From NCBI GenBank assembly GCA_951406725.2, contig OX597826.1, positions 33,294,001 to 33,358,000 on the forward strand: 64,000 nucleotides of DNA, given 5' to 3'. This DNA is from Octopus vulgaris (taxonomy: Eukaryota). The stretch's first letter is position 1. Each line of letters begins with the position of its first letter. Positions 40,583 through 54,920 of the stretch are shown in pieces. The notes beneath the pieces are model-generated. The model was given only the letters and a program-made list of their open reading frames with translations, was not told where the DNA came from and ran no database searches. Position numbers and translations under genes: made by a program.

Positions 40583-42599
40583 CACACATATATATATGAG
40601 TAACAAAGATGTACAGGTGTTAATACATTGCAGCCGTTTCAAGTGGTTCCTTTGATTAATGAAAACATTACCTCATTTGAAAGAAATTGTTCTCAACTGA
40701 TGACTACATAGACTTCATAAATAAAGGATATAACCATTTTTGAAACATATTTACATCAATAATGGAACTCAAAATATTTACATTGTTTCTTTTGTCATAT
40801 CTGTTTTTGAATGAGTTTAGAAAACAATGCTTGTCAATCCTACTATAATATAGAGAGTGGCAGAGGAAATGGTAGAGGTCAGGATAAAGAGAGTGGTGAC
40901 CTAGTTACTTATATTTAGAAGACTTTATGTAGAATGTAGTCTTCAACCATTTAGAATTAAATCCATGGGGAGTTGTCAACTGCATTCTAGTTAATAGAGA
41001 TAAATCAATTAATGTCAGACAATTTACTAGACACTCAATGTACTGGAACCATATTTCTAGCTTTATCTACATGAGAGGGTAGGTTGTAGGGTTAGTAGTA
41101 AAAGAATGTCTGATGGGAAAGGGGTGATAAGTGGAAGGAAGAAGGATAAGGGTGGTCAATACTTATTTAGATTATTAAATTAAAGAGGAATATAGTGAAA
41201 ACCAAAAGAGATAAGTAATATAAACTTTCGGGGTGGAAATTAGGATTGAAGGATATGGGAAATAGTAATTTATAACTTAGGAAATTTATAATATTGAATT
41301 GAGAAAATTTAAATCAATATATAGAAGAAGGACAATAATGAAATTTAAAACCTAATAATGGGGTACTTTAATATACACGAAAAACTATTAAAACCTTTCC
41401 TAAACACAGTGTTTAGATGATTATGATAAAAACATTTTATAATGAATGTATAATGGAATTAAAATATCATATGAATAGAAATACAGAGTATATTTTAAAC
41501 CGATATAAGAACTAAATTCTTTGTGACAGGTGGATAAAAATAAGATATCAGAAAAGATGATATCCAGTATATAGGCTAATTGAATTAGAGGTATACTAAA
41601 TGTATGAGGGAGTACATTTAGATACAATACTTAAACCAATTTGGGAATGTAAACATTTGATGAATATTGTATGATTTAAAAGTATACTAAAATAAGGATT
41701 CCAATATCTCGTAAATTATATGAAAAAGATCTTATAAATTGTCAAAAAAATTATAAATTATACACATTAAGAAAGTATATGAAAGGATATACAAATCTAT
41801 AAAAATATCAAATATAAATATAAAAAATTATAAAACATAGTGTGTAATTACAAATATAAAAAATATAATATAATACAGGACTTAGAAAAAGTGAAGGACA
41901 AATATGAAAAATATAAATTAATACAGTGAGTTTTATGAAAAGAAATTATAAACTGCCAAACTCTTTATAAGCCATAGAAGCTACACAAATGTATAAGAGG
42001 GTATATAAATAAATAAAAATTTAATAATAAAGAATTTTATAAAATATTTCTGTATAGAATGATATAAAAGTATGAGAGACATAAATTAGGATAAAATAAA
42101 ATAAAATAATGTTTATTTTATAAATTATAGTATAAATTATATTAGTATATTGAAAAGAATTCTTAGATATGTTATTATTATTAATACAATATGAAATAAA
42201 AATAAAAGTAAAAAAAAGATACCTTTGGAAATGGGTTTATAGAATATTTCTAAAATACATCAAAGACACTGATCTAGGTAGAATAATAACAGATCTTAAG
42301 GGGTATATCATATACTTAGGGGTGGTGCAAGATTTAGTAATCCATTGTAAAATTTGTTATACAAACTGTGAGAGAAGAGAGAGAATCCCAATACTGAATG
42401 GGTAAATATATAATTTACTTATTGAATGATTACAGATCAAAGGGGTTAAGGGTTATTAAAAAGCAATAATACATAGATTTCAAGATAATAGAGAGTATGC
42501 TATGAATGATATAACACCCTGGATAACTCGTGCTACCAAATTATAGCATGATATACTTATTATTAACTGCTTCTAAAGTATTTAAAGGTATGGGTAATC

Positions 42600-44010
42600 C
42601 TATGAACACACGACACTCTAAGATCTAATTTATTATTAATTAGGTTTTGTTTATCTCTATATTTGAATATTTAATATATCTCCATACAACATAGTTCATA
42701 TCCATTTTGGTTATTTATGTATGGCCGAGCTCTATGGACTTTATCCCATTTTAGGTTGAATTTAATATTTCTATCTTTGATTTTCATAGATAACGAGGTA
42801 CTGCTGGCTTTATGTCTAAGTCTAAAGGATGATAAATAATTATTCAAGCATTTTTTCATATTTACAGAGCACCCAGTGTAAATGAAGTTATTAGTTTCTA
42901 TCATTACTGTATATTAATATATAACATTTCCTGCTAAACATTGACCTAATAATGGGCATTGAAATCTTTCCCTACAATTGCAGCTTTGATTATTATTATT
43001 ATTAACATTACTTATCCTATTATTAATATTTATAGCATTGTCATTCAAGGTACTCCTCAAAATCATAGAAGTGTTATCAAGTGTTATATCATGATTATTC
43101 AAATTAATATAATAGGTATTATTACTTATATTTATATTAACCCTATTGCCATGGATTATATCATTAGATGTTATGCCATCAACCTATAATGGCTGCATTT
43201 GAGATACTTGGTGTTTCATCTGTGGTTTATTGGCTCCGTTAGTATTAGCTAAGCTGACTTGTATTGTTACTAGCTGGGAGTGATATCATTGATTCTTACA
43301 TACCCACTATTATTGGAATTATTATTAGGGGTTAATCCACTATTACCATTATCATTATCAATCTCACGAGCTAAGTTTATATTTTTTCATGTCCAAGCAG
43401 GCTACAATCGTACCTAGATTTGGAAGGGTGGAATATGAGATTCTGATTCTCCTACGGGAGAAGAGTTTGTTATACTTATATGAAGCTGGGAAGTTTTGCT
43501 CCAAAATCACCATAAATTTATTATATATATTAGTAGAGATTGCGCAGTTGAAAGGAATGTCATACCAGACAATGTTATTATTCTTAGTATTCTTATGTTT
43601 ATGAAAACGGATCCTATCAGTCCCTCTGCTATCTCTCAAACCTCTAGTTAGATTATTAATTATGTTATCATTATCGGTATTTATATTATTATTAAAATTG
43701 GCTCCATTTTTCTCATTCTTATCATTGCTGTTATTATACCAGCTAGATATTTTACCATCCATAGCTTCTATTTTATTGTTGTTATACGTCTTTACTTTAA
43801 TAGGAATATTATGGGCAATTCTTGTAGATCTATATGTTAGATTAGATGAACTAACTGGCCTTTTACACAATTTCATTTTCTTTATTGCGTTTAGTTGGTA
43901 TCAAACTTTCTGAATTAAGGAATGCAATCTCCAGATTGTATCCCACCTTAGATAGAGCAGAGTTATAGAAGTGGGAATATGAGTTAAATATATCAATAAT
44001 AATAGTGTGA
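42600..44010 (-). pseudogene. Penelope-like retroelement ORF remnant: RT C-terminal linker, Cys cluster and GIY-YIG endonuclease; AT-rich 3' region probably extends to ~40580
   Basis: NIVWYDIPFNCAISTNIYNKF...NFPASYKYNKLFSRRRIRISYSTLPNL; CNCRERFQCPLLGQCLAGNVIY*YTV...IYTGCS; YLSSFR..STSLS; LKWDKVHRARPY...LCCME; stops and frameshifts. Confidence 0.85.
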
Positions 44011-44304
44011 TTCTACTCGAAATACCTTTTACTAATGATTTTAATACATTTGGGGATGATTAGAGGATCTGTTCACATACTTAGTAACCTCGTCTGGTAA
44101 TATAAACCAGAGTGAAGATCTGGAGGTGGCTAAGTTCTAATTTGAACCACTTTAAAACATAAAGAGGCAGTTTCTAGCAGATTGAATTCTCTTTTGGGCT
44201 GGATAATATGGAATAAATAATAATCGGTTAAAACCAAACTAGGTCCTTAATATTATTTTGCTGTGTAACACTTTAACTGAAAAGTGCATATGAGGTGTTT
44301 TTTC

Positions 44305-44728
44305 TTCTTTTATTTATTTCAGTCATTTGACTGCAGCCATGCTGGAGCACCATATTTAGTTGAGTAAATTGACCCCAGGACTTATTCTTTGTAAGTCTAG
44401 TACTTATTCTATCAGTCTCTCTTGCCGAACCGCTAAGTGACGGGGATGTAAACAAGTTGTCAAGCGATGTTAGGCAAACAAACACAGACACATGCACACA
44501 CAAACATATATACATATACATGCATACATATATACATACATATAAATATATATATATATATACATACGACAGGCTTCTTTCAGTTTCTGTCAACCAAATC
44601 CACTCACAAGGCTTTGGTTGGCTTGAGGCTATAGTAGAAGACACTTGCCCAAGATGCCATGCAGTAAGACAGAAGCCGGAACCATGTGGTTGGTAAGCAA
44701 GCTGCTTACCACACAGCCACCCCTGCAC
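44305..44728 (-). mobile_element. SINE family A
   Basis: Family A motifs. Confidence 0.85.
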
Positions 44729-44854
44729 CACAGTTCTCTTATATTCTAGACGTTATGTATGTACAGAATGTACATACATGCATATTTCTCTCTGTTTCAC
44801 TGTTTCTATGTCTGTCTGTCTGCCTGTCGGTCGGTCTGTCTGTCTATCTATGTA

Positions 44855-45078
44855 CAGTCATCCCTCAACTATCGTGGATGTTACATTCCAGAACACCCCA
44901 TGATAGGTTAAAATCCGCAAAGTAGAAATAGCACTGTACTGCCTATTTTTTAAAAATTATTTTTATAATTTGTATATATTTATTTTATTATAAATGCAAA
45001 ACAACACCACAGAGGAATCGACGTAAGCTTAAATATTAAACTGCGATAGGTGAATCTCAATATGGCGGGGGATTACTG
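44855..45078. mobile_element. pogo/Tigger-like MITE
   Basis: TA-CAGTCATCCCTC...GGGGGATTACTG-TA: imperfect TIRs, TA TSD, internal repeated GATAGGT.AA motif. Confidence 0.7.
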
Positions 45079-45644
45079 TATATATATATGTGTGTATCTA
45101 TTTATCTATCTATCTGCGTGTTTATTTATCAATCTATCTATTTGTGTGTGTGTGTGTATGTGTGTGTGTGTGTGTGTGCATATGCATGTGCATGTGCGTG
45201 CACATAGATTTTGGCATTGCTAGATTCTCTAGAACGACCTAAGGCACCAACTTTTGTGCTTCAGTTTATCAGCGCAGTCATTCATCCATCCATCCATCCA
45301 TCAATCCATCCAACAATCCACCCATCCACCCAAGCACCCTGACATCCATTCCACCTGGTTGCCAAGCAACAATCAAACCATCACATTACTACTACACTGA
45401 CCAAGGTAGTCACCACTTTATACAGTGTTAGATACTCTTAAAAGCAAATGAATGGCTGGGAAGCAAATCAAATCAGAGAAGCTTCTAGAAGAGATGGAAT
45501 TCTGCAAGCCTCATCGTTAAGTGTTATTGGAATCCTGTGAGAGTTGATGCATATCGATAAGTCTTTTGCTAAAATCAGTTTAATGTTGGTGTGAGAGAGA
45601 CACAGAATGCCATTTAAGAAGGTTACCGATTTTAAACACCTTAA

Positions 45645-46125
45645 CACCATAATCAACACCACCATCACCACTATCACCACCACTACCATCACCGCTGCTG
45701 CCACTGCCGCCACCACAACCATTGCCACCCTCACCACCACCATCACCACCACTACCATCACCGCTGCCACCACTGCCACTGCCATTGCCACCATCACCAC
45801 CACTGGTACCGTCACCCCTGCTGCCACTGCCGCCACCACAACCATTGCCACCATCACCATCACCACCACCACCACCACCACCACCACCAAACCACCACCA
45901 TCACCACCATTACCACCACCATCACCAACACCATCACCACCACTGCCATTACTATCATCATCACTACCACCATCACCACCACCACCACCACCACCACATC
46001 ACCATCATCACCAGCATCACCACCACCACTGCTACAGCCAGCAACTTGCTTTCCAGACCACCACCATCCCCACTACTACTACTAATACTACTACTACTAT
46101 TACTACTACCACCACCACCACCACC

Positions 46126-46187
<62 letters not shown>

Positions 46188-47230
46188 AATCTTTATCAGT
46201 ACCAACACATCGTTGTCAACACCACCTCCTGTTAGCACCACCTCTACAGCTCTTGGCACCCTCACCCTCACCACTACCACCCTCACCATTATCGCACTAT
46301 CTCCAATACTACCACTTACATTACTTTATTGCTGATACCATTTAAAGCACTGGCGATAGCCTCACCACCACCACTGCTTTGTTGACTCCCCGTAATTATG
46401 TTATCTCAGACACTTCCTCCATCCCCGGTATCATCATCACCCCCATCATCATTGTCATCATCATCATTGTTGTCAGCATCATCATCATCATCATTATTAT
46501 TTCTATTATTTACACTACCTCCAACACTACGATGTTCGCCACTGTTGTCAGCACAACCAGCCATCACCAATCAGCAGTACCACCACCACCACCACCATCA
46601 ATATCATCACTATCATCATCATCATCATCATCATAATCATCATTGTCATTGTCATCGTCTACATTGTCCTCCTCATCATCATCAATATCATCAACATAAT
46701 TATCATCATAGTCCCTCTCCTCTTCCTCCACAACTTCATCATCATCACCACCACCACCACCACCACCACCATCATCATTCTCCTCCTCATCATCATCATC
46801 AACATGAAACCTCGTCATGATCCTCATCCGCACCCCCGCCTCCACCTAGCACGCACTCCACTGACACCATCTCCGCTAATGCCGCTAATTACATGATCAA
46901 TGTTACTCACCACAACAATCACCACCACCACCACAACCACCACCATCATCACCATCACCATCATTGTTACCATCATCGTAATCATCATCATCATCATCGT
47001 CATCATCATTGTTATTGTAATTACATTCCCCACTGTTGTTGTGACTAAAAATGATACCATCACGAATGGTATAAGGAAAGTACTCTCTGCACCATTACTG
47101 CTGCAAACAGCATCAGCATCATCGTCATCAACACCATCATCATCGTCATAATACACTACCACCAACACCATGCCCATCACAACAACGGTGATGACCGCCA
47201 CCACTGCCACCATCAACACCACCACCATAT
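45645..47230. repeat. ~1.6-kb (CAC/CAT/TAC)n low-complexity domain
   Basis: Direct reading; local higher-order duplications at ~45660-45860. Confidence 0.95.
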
Positions 47231-47271
47231 TTTCCTTCAATCTCAAATAATGTTTCCCAAATAATAAGTAA

Positions 47272-47588
47272 TGTGGAGGCACATGGCCTAGTGGTTAGAG
47301 CAGTGAGCTTGTGGTTGAGGGATCATAGGTTCGAATTTCACACCGGGCAAAGTGTGTAGTTAGAGCGAAACACCTAAGCTCCACGTGGCTCCAGCAGAAG
47401 GTAATGGCGAACGTCTGCTGATTCTTTTGCCACAACTTTCCCTCACTCTTTCCTCCTGCATCTAGCAGCTCACCTGTGATGCACCAGTGTCCCATCCAGG
47501 TGGGAACCCTTATACCAATGAAACTGGGGAAACCGGCCCTTATGAACCAGGCCTGGCTCAAGAAGGAACAAACAACAACAGCAACAAC
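47272..47588 (+). mobile_element. SINE family C
   Basis: Homologous to 29048-29345; B-box GGTTCGAATT; flanking AAATAATAAG duplication. Confidence 0.85.
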
Positions 47589-47649
47589 AAATAATAAGCA
47601 GTATTATATACATAAACAGTTCAATCATATTTGTGTTTATACATACATA

Positions 47650-47688
<39 letters not shown>

Positions 47689-48214
47689 CCTTTCAAAATT
47701 TCTCCCAAGCATTACCTATTACAATTCATCTTGGCCCAATGGCCCTAAACATCTGTCTTTGTCAATTGTTTCTCTGGTCTCATTTGTTTGTTCGAAGCCC
47801 TAACTCTCCACAGATTTTATATTTTTAAAAATTTCTGGATTTTGATTTGATTTTGATTTTTCCAGTTTCAGCTAATGAGCTGTGGCCATGCTGGGGCACC
47901 GCCATTTAAATGATGCTGCAGTCTTATGAAGTTTTCCTGTCTTGTTGTCAAAAGCACAAAACAAGTAAAACTAAATAGTCGACAACTGAAGAGAAGTTAG
48001 ACTTCTTTTGGTATTTTGTCCCGTACTTGTCTCTTGTTATGTGTTTACCTATTTTTGACTCATTGGTGATGTCCTGTACTTAATGTGTATTTTTTCGTTT
48101 TAATTTAATAAGTGAATGCCATGCAACCTTTGTCAGTGATAGATGGATAGATATAGGTATAGATATATATTATGGTAGGTTTCAGCAAATGGATGTTGGC
48201 TCATTAAGTTGGCT

Positions 48215-48665
48215 TTTAGGTGTGGCTGTGTGGTAAGAAGTTTGCTTACCAACCTTTTGGTTCCAGGTTCAGTTCCAATGCATGACACCTTGGGCAAGTA
48301 TCTTCTACTATATCCATGGGCCAATCAAAGCCTTATGAGTGGATTTGGTAGATGGAAACTGAAAGAAGCCTGTAGTATATATGTATGTGTGTGCATATGT
48401 ATGAGTTTGTGTATGTGTGGTTGTTTGCATGTGTTTGTGTGTGTGCAAGTATGTGTGTTTTTGTATCTATGTTTCTCCCTCCGCCACCACCACCACCACC
48501 TGATGACTGGTGTTGGTTTGTTTATGTCTCTGTAATATGAGTGCTTCAGCAAAAAGAGACTGATAATGTAAGTATTGCAGTAGATCGGTTTGACTAGAAG
48601 CCTTCAAGGTGGTGCCCCAGAATGGCCACAGTGCAGTGACTGAAACAAGTAAAAGGTAGAAAAGG
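48215..48665 (+). mobile_element. SINE family A
   Basis: Family A motifs. Confidence 0.8.
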
Positions 48666-48788
48666 AACTACATATACATACATATACATGCATACATACA
48701 TACAAACGCACACACACACACACATATATATACATACATCCATACACACACATACATACATATATACATACACACATACATACATACA

Positions 48789-48824
<36 letters not shown>

Positions 48825-48909
48825 TATATAAATACATACATATATATATAAATACATACATATATATATAAATACATACACACACACACACATATATATA
48901 TACATACAT

Positions 48910-48950
<41 letters not shown>

Positions 48951-49078
48951 AATATACATAATACGTGCATATATATATATATATATATACATTTATTTAT
49001 CTGAATATAGCCTTCTGGCTCACCAGTCCTCAGTCAAACCGTCCAACCCCTGCCAGCATGGAAAGCAGATGTTTAAAC

Positions 49079-49113
<35 letters not shown>

Positions 49114-49549
49114 GTGTATATATATGTATAGATAGATAGATATAGATATATACATGCACCTATATATATGCATATTTACAAACAAATATATATTTGCATG
49201 TCTCGTGTTGAGCAACATGTATTCTGTCAGTTCTATCAAGCCAACAGTTCTATCAAGTGGGTGTATGTGCACATACATATGAGTGTGTGTGTGTGTGAGT
49301 ATGTATGTGTGTGTGTATGTGTGTATGTATGCGTGTGTGTTTGTTTCCACATATCTATATACATATGTATACACAATCACTCCAATGCTGTCCAGCCATA
49401 CATCCAATCTACACCCACAGATGTAGATAAGCAAATGCAGCAAAAACTGATGTAATGTCTTCTCCAACCCCACCACCACCACCACCACCACCACCACCAC
49501 CACCTCCGCTGGCTCTATAAATTTTATAACCAGCATCATCACTACTATC

Positions 49550-49659
<110 letters not shown>

Positions 49660-50298
49660 TATACATATGTATATGTATATATATATATATATATATATAC
49701 GTGTGTGTAGGTGTGTTTGTTTTGTATATGCATACGTTTGTTCTTCGTATCACCAAACTTCATCAGTAATTTCTGATTTCCATATGTACTTCAGTAACTG
49801 ATCCATCCACTTAGTGTAGGAAATACTTGGTTCTTATTCTCTGTATGAGGAGGCTTCATATCTTTTCATCTATTTATTTATAGTTATATATACACTCATA
49901 CACACACATGTTATTCTTATGTATACGTTTGCATGTATATATATTCATGTGAAAGTTGGTATATGATATAATAAAATATATAGTATATTGTATTTAATTA
50001 AATATTTAATAGATGAATAATATATATATTTAGATAGATACGAAGATATAAGATAACAGAGGAATGATTATATATATACGAATATATGAATCCGATAAAA
50101 AAGTGTAAATACGAAATATGCAATTATGAATATATGAATGATGGAATGAAGGCTATATATTCATGTGGGATAATCTTGGTGATGTATCTATCCATATATA
50201 TCAGGCACATGTTTATATATACATATATATATATATATCATATATGTACTTACATGCATAGATGCATACATGTATACTTACACGCAGACATTTATATA

Positions 50299-50513
50299 TA
50301 TGACGGGGTGCTGAAAAGTCCCTGACTTTAAAAGGCTTGGTTGGAGGCCCAGCATTCCCTGTTCTTTTACAGGGCCTAGAAAAAATGAAGGACCACTGCA
50401 ATAAGTGTGTGAATCTGAGAGGAGAATATGTTAAATAAAATCATAATTAACTGACCTGCTTGTATTTCACTTCTTTTTTAGCCGAAGGCAGGGAATTCTC
50501 AGAAGCCCCTCAT
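50299..50513. mobile_element. Mariner-derived MITE
   Basis: Homologous to 4035 and 37858; internal NKCVNLRGEYVK resembles a mariner C-terminus. Confidence 0.7.
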
Positions 50514-50649
50514 ACAGACACAAACACACATATATGTGTATCTATATGTATGTATACATACATATATACATGTATATATATATTATGCATATATATACAT
50601 GCATACACACACTCACACACATACGTGTGTTAGCATGTATAGGACATAT

Positions 50650-51075
50650 AAGGGCCAGATTAAGACCCATCAAGGCCATAGGTACTTAAAAGATTTTGTT
50701 ACCCCCACAAAAGATTATGTAATTCAAAATATAAACAATAACAAACCATAAAATAAATTTTTATTTTTCAAAACGAAACAAAATAGTAAGAGGCAAAATA
50801 ATGTTTATTTTTGTATATTTCCACTTTATTTAGATTTGAAAAGTTTCCTCTGACTTTTTTGAATTGCAAAGTCTTTGATCAGATCCTCAGGATTAATGTT
50901 AGGTAACACATCTGTATCAATACTTAGTAGAGATAAAGGCATCCCGAATATTATTTTAGCAAGTTCAAAGTAGTTTCTTTTGTGCCATAAACCATTTACC
51001 ATTTCTGTGGTGCCCCCTCCTTCCCTTGATGCCCTTAGCATGTACTTATTTTGCTTAATGGTTAATCAAGCACTG
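50650..51075 (-). mobile_element. Non-autonomous hAT transposon with 8-bp TSD
   Basis: TSD GGACATAT at 50642-50649 and 51076-51083; TIR AAGGGCCAGATTAA / TTAATCAAGCACTG; LSLLSIDTDVLPNINPEDLIKDFAIQKSQRK resembles the end of a hAT dimerisation domain. Confidence 0.82.
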
Positions 51076-51141
51076 GGACATATATATGATTTGCATGGAC
51101 ATGCTTGCATATGTGTGTATGTGTGTATATGTGTGTGTGTT

Positions 51142-51335
51142 ATCATCATCATCATCATCGTTTAATGTCCATTTTCCATGCTACCATGTGTTGGATGGTT
51201 AGACCGGAGTCTGGGGAGCTAGGAGGCTGCACCAGGCTCCAGTCTGATCTGGTAGTGTTTCAAAAGCTGGATACCCTTCCTAAGGTCAACCACTCTATGA
51301 GTGTAGTGGGTGCTTTTTATGTGCCAGCGGCACGG
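51142..51335 (-). mobile_element. RTE 3' terminal fragment
   Basis: Matches 61836-62020; a shorter plus-strand copy lies at ~49008-49110. Confidence 0.8.
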
Positions 51336-51363
51336 ATATATATATGTATGTATGTATATATAA

Positions 51364-51399
<36 letters not shown>

Positions 51400-51404
51400 T
51401 TGTA

Positions 51405-51890
51405 TTATAGCTGTGACTGTATGTGGTAAGAAATTTACTTCTCAATCACATGGTTCCAGGCTCAATCCCACTGCATGGCACCTTGGGCAAATGTCTTCTG
51501 CTATAACACTGATCATATCAATGCAGCTTGTGTAGATTTAGTTGATGGAAAAAGAAAGAACCCTATTGTGTATATATTTGTGTATATATGTGTATGTGAG
51601 TGTGTATATCTATGTGTGTATGTGTGTGAGTGTGTGCATGTTTATGTCTCCTTCTCTTAACATTGGATGATAGTTGTAAATGAGTGTCACTGTCATACAA
51701 GCAGTGTCATTCATTTCCAATCTTCTGCAAAAACATGTCTGGCCGTTGGGAGATATTTCTGTGCTTGGAAATTGGTGATGGCTGACTACAAGAAGGGCAT
51801 CCAGCAATGGAAAATCTGCCTCTAAAAGCTTCATTAAGCACACATAAGGATAGAAAAGTGGATGCTATGATGATGATGATGATGATGATA
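51405..51890 (+). mobile_element. SINE with family A head and RTE-like tail
   Basis: CACTGCATGGCACCTTGGGCAAATGTCTTC head; tail AAGAAGGGCATCCAGC...GAAAAGTGGATG(GAT)n. Confidence 0.65.
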
Positions 51891-51891
51891 T

Positions 51892-52750
51892 GCAGGGTGT
51901 TCTGGTAAAATTTGTCAGTTTACATGAAAGGAAAAGAAAATACAATATGCCATCCAAAAATGAAGGTTTTTTTTTTTTTAAATCAAAAACTATCAATCAA
52001 ATTATGGTTGGAAGATAACAGTCCACTGAAAGTAGCTGCTTTCAACATCTCACATGGCCTCAAGATGGCCCGCAGAAGCTGAGAAGATCTTCGAATACTT
52101 CCTTAATCTTGGCCAGCAGACTTGGCCTTTGGTGATGCAGGGAGAGTGATTGCTGTCTTTCTCATCTGTGCCCCTCACATATTGATCCATGGGAATACAA
52201 TCAGGGAAACCAGGAAGCCAGAAACTAGGGCTGGTGAACTGATAGAAATTCTCCGACAACTATTTCTGGCTCATTCTGTAGTTATTGCAAGAAACTGAAT
52301 CCTGCTGCCACACATATGACCTTTCAGCAGCAACGCTCTCCAGTCAGATATTGACCACAATCTCCAGCAGCTTCACAGAGAAGTCTGAAATGAGCCTAAG
52401 GCCCTGTTCAAAGACCTGACGAAGAATGAGATCACCCTTACATGAGTCACCCCCAAAGGCTATCATAGTTTGGGGGAACTTGGTTTCCATGATGTCCATG
52501 TCATGTCTTACAACCTTCATTGTTTTTACAGAGCATTGAGCAATAGTCAAGATGTGGGAATTTTCATACCCAGCATCAATCCTTATGATACAGGTAACTC
52601 TTTCTCAATATTCAGATGGCTTCCAGTTCTTCATACCATCTAGCTTTCTATCAACTTTAAGCTTCATGCTCTCCAACACTGTTGACTGTTCACTAATACA
52701 TCAAGCTGTCCCTGCAAAAAGGACACATAAAAATCATCAAATTTAGCCTG
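51892..52750 (-). pseudogene. Tc1/mariner-superfamily (maT/DD37D-like) transposase relic
   Basis: ETKFPQTMIAFG..SCKGD; SYVWQQDS; LSENFYQFTSPSFWLPGFPDCIPMDQYVRG (degenerate WPPNSPDCNPMDY); terminal CAGGGTG. Confidence 0.8.
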
Positions 52751-52788
52751 TGAACACTTGCCTATACACACACATATATACTTATATA

Positions 52789-52833
<45 letters not shown>

Positions 52834-53435
52834 GTATGTGTGTGTGTGTGTTCTGGGTTTGTGTGAATATACATATAAATTTATATCAGCGTTTATATAT
52901 GAATATATGATTAATATCTATCTATCTACACATATATACATACATGAGTATATGTGTGCGTGTATGTATATATCTATATATAGAGAGATTGTATTTTCCT
53001 TGATAGTCGTCCATTTACTAGTAAATGCCTATTTATTTATTCATATATTCATATCATATACTTAAGTATTTAAATAGCCACTTTCAGCTCAATGCCAGCT
53101 TAGTCATATATATTTCACTATATAACTTTTACTCACTCTGATTCTATCTTCACATGCATATATGTAAGTGTGTGTGTTTGTGTGTGTGCACATACACATG
53201 TGTGTGTGAGTGTGGACCGTTCTATCTATATTTCTATCAGTTTTTATATCTATGTTTCTATCTATAATTCTATCAGCACTCGCTTAGTCATAGTAGTATA
53301 CATTTAAACCATTCCAATTTCCATTTTTGTATTGGTTAGTCAGAGGCTGGAATCAGTGTCTACCTCATTTATCTGGGTCTGTATATCTCGTAGCAATGAA
53401 TATATATATATCATATAAATGTTTATATAATATAG

Positions 53436-53484
<49 letters not shown>

Positions 53485-53536
53485 TATATATATATATATA
53501 TATATACCTACATATATAGATATGTGTGTATGTATA

Positions 53537-53569
<33 letters not shown>

Positions 53570-53675
53570 ACATACATATATGTAGTTCAAATTTATAAAA
53601 AAAACAAAAGACAAAGACAGGTGTAGGAACAACAACCAAATGTATTAGTTTGACGCTTGAGAGAAATGGAAAAAT

Positions 53676-53711
53676 CTTTTACGTTTCGAGCCTATGCTCT
53701 TCAACAGAAAG
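53676..53711 (-). ncRNA. Minimal hammerhead-like fold with U at core position 6
   Basis: CTTT-CTGTTGA-A-GAGC-ATAG-GCTC-GAAAC-GTA-AAAG. Confidence 0.55.
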
Positions 53712-53804
53712 GAATGAGAAAATAAACAGAGAGAGAATAAAAAAAAATTTGTAGATTTCAGCGGTCGAGCATGGGAAATATATATATATATGTATGTATG
53801 CATG

Positions 53805-54221
53805 TATTCTTTTATTCATTTCAGTCTTTTGACTGTGGCCATGCTGGAGCACCGCCTTTAGTCCAACAAATCGACCACAGGACTTATTCTTTGCAAGCCT
53901 AGTACTTATTCTATTATTCTCTTTTGCCAAACGGCTAGGTTACAGGAACATAAACACACCAGCATCGGTTATCAAGTGATGTTGGGGGGGACAAATACAG
54001 ACACACAAACATACACACATGCATACACACACACTCACACACACACAAACATATATATACGACAGGCTTCTTTCAGTTTCCATCTACCAAATCCACTCAC
54101 AAGGCTTTGGTCAGCCAGAGGCTATAGTAGAAGACACTTGCCCAAGGTGCCATGCAGTGGGACTGAACCCAGAACCATGTGGTTGGTAAGCAAAGTACTT
54201 ACCACACAGCCACTCCTGCGC
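53805..54221 (-). mobile_element. SINE family A
   Basis: Family A motifs. Confidence 0.87.
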
Positions 54222-54877
54222 TTATTGATTTTATCTAACAGCAAAATATATAATATATATATATAAATATATATAATATCTATATATATAATATATATAC
54301 ATATAATATGTATTTATAATATATATACATATATGTATACACATATATACACACACACACATACATACATATACACACATACATGCACACACATAATATA
54401 TTTACACACACTTCATCATCTTCATCGTTGTCATCATCACTGTGTGAGGCATTTTAAGGTGCTTGTTTTTCTAAGCTTGCATTGGCCAGAAAGAGTTTAC
54501 TGAGGCAGGTTTTCTATGGCCTGATGCCTTTCCTCCCACCAACCCACTCACCTGTTTCATCGTGGTCTGGCATATTTTCAGTTTGCCAGTAAACAACACC
54601 AGTTGCATATTGGTGATTCATTTTTCATGACTTGCTGTGTGATGTCAATAATGGATATACATGTATACATGCGTGTGTGTCTGTGTATACATATATGATG
54701 GACTTCATTCAGTTTCCACCTGCCAAATCCACTCACTTGGTTTTACTTGGCCTGAGGCTGTGGCTGACACTTGCTCAAGGTACCACAGAGTGGAACGGAA
54801 CATGAAACCATATAATTAGGAAGCAACCACACAGCCATACTAGCATATATTTATGTGTGTGTGTGTGCGTGTGTGTG

Positions 54878-54909
<32 letters not shown>

Positions 54910-54920
54910 CATAAACAAAA

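Noticed and set aside
45468-47282. Pro/Thr/His-rich mucin- or extensin-like ORFs (also 2371-3022)
   Set aside because: Degenerate CAC/CAT microsatellite, open in many frames on both strands, with no domain or splice support.
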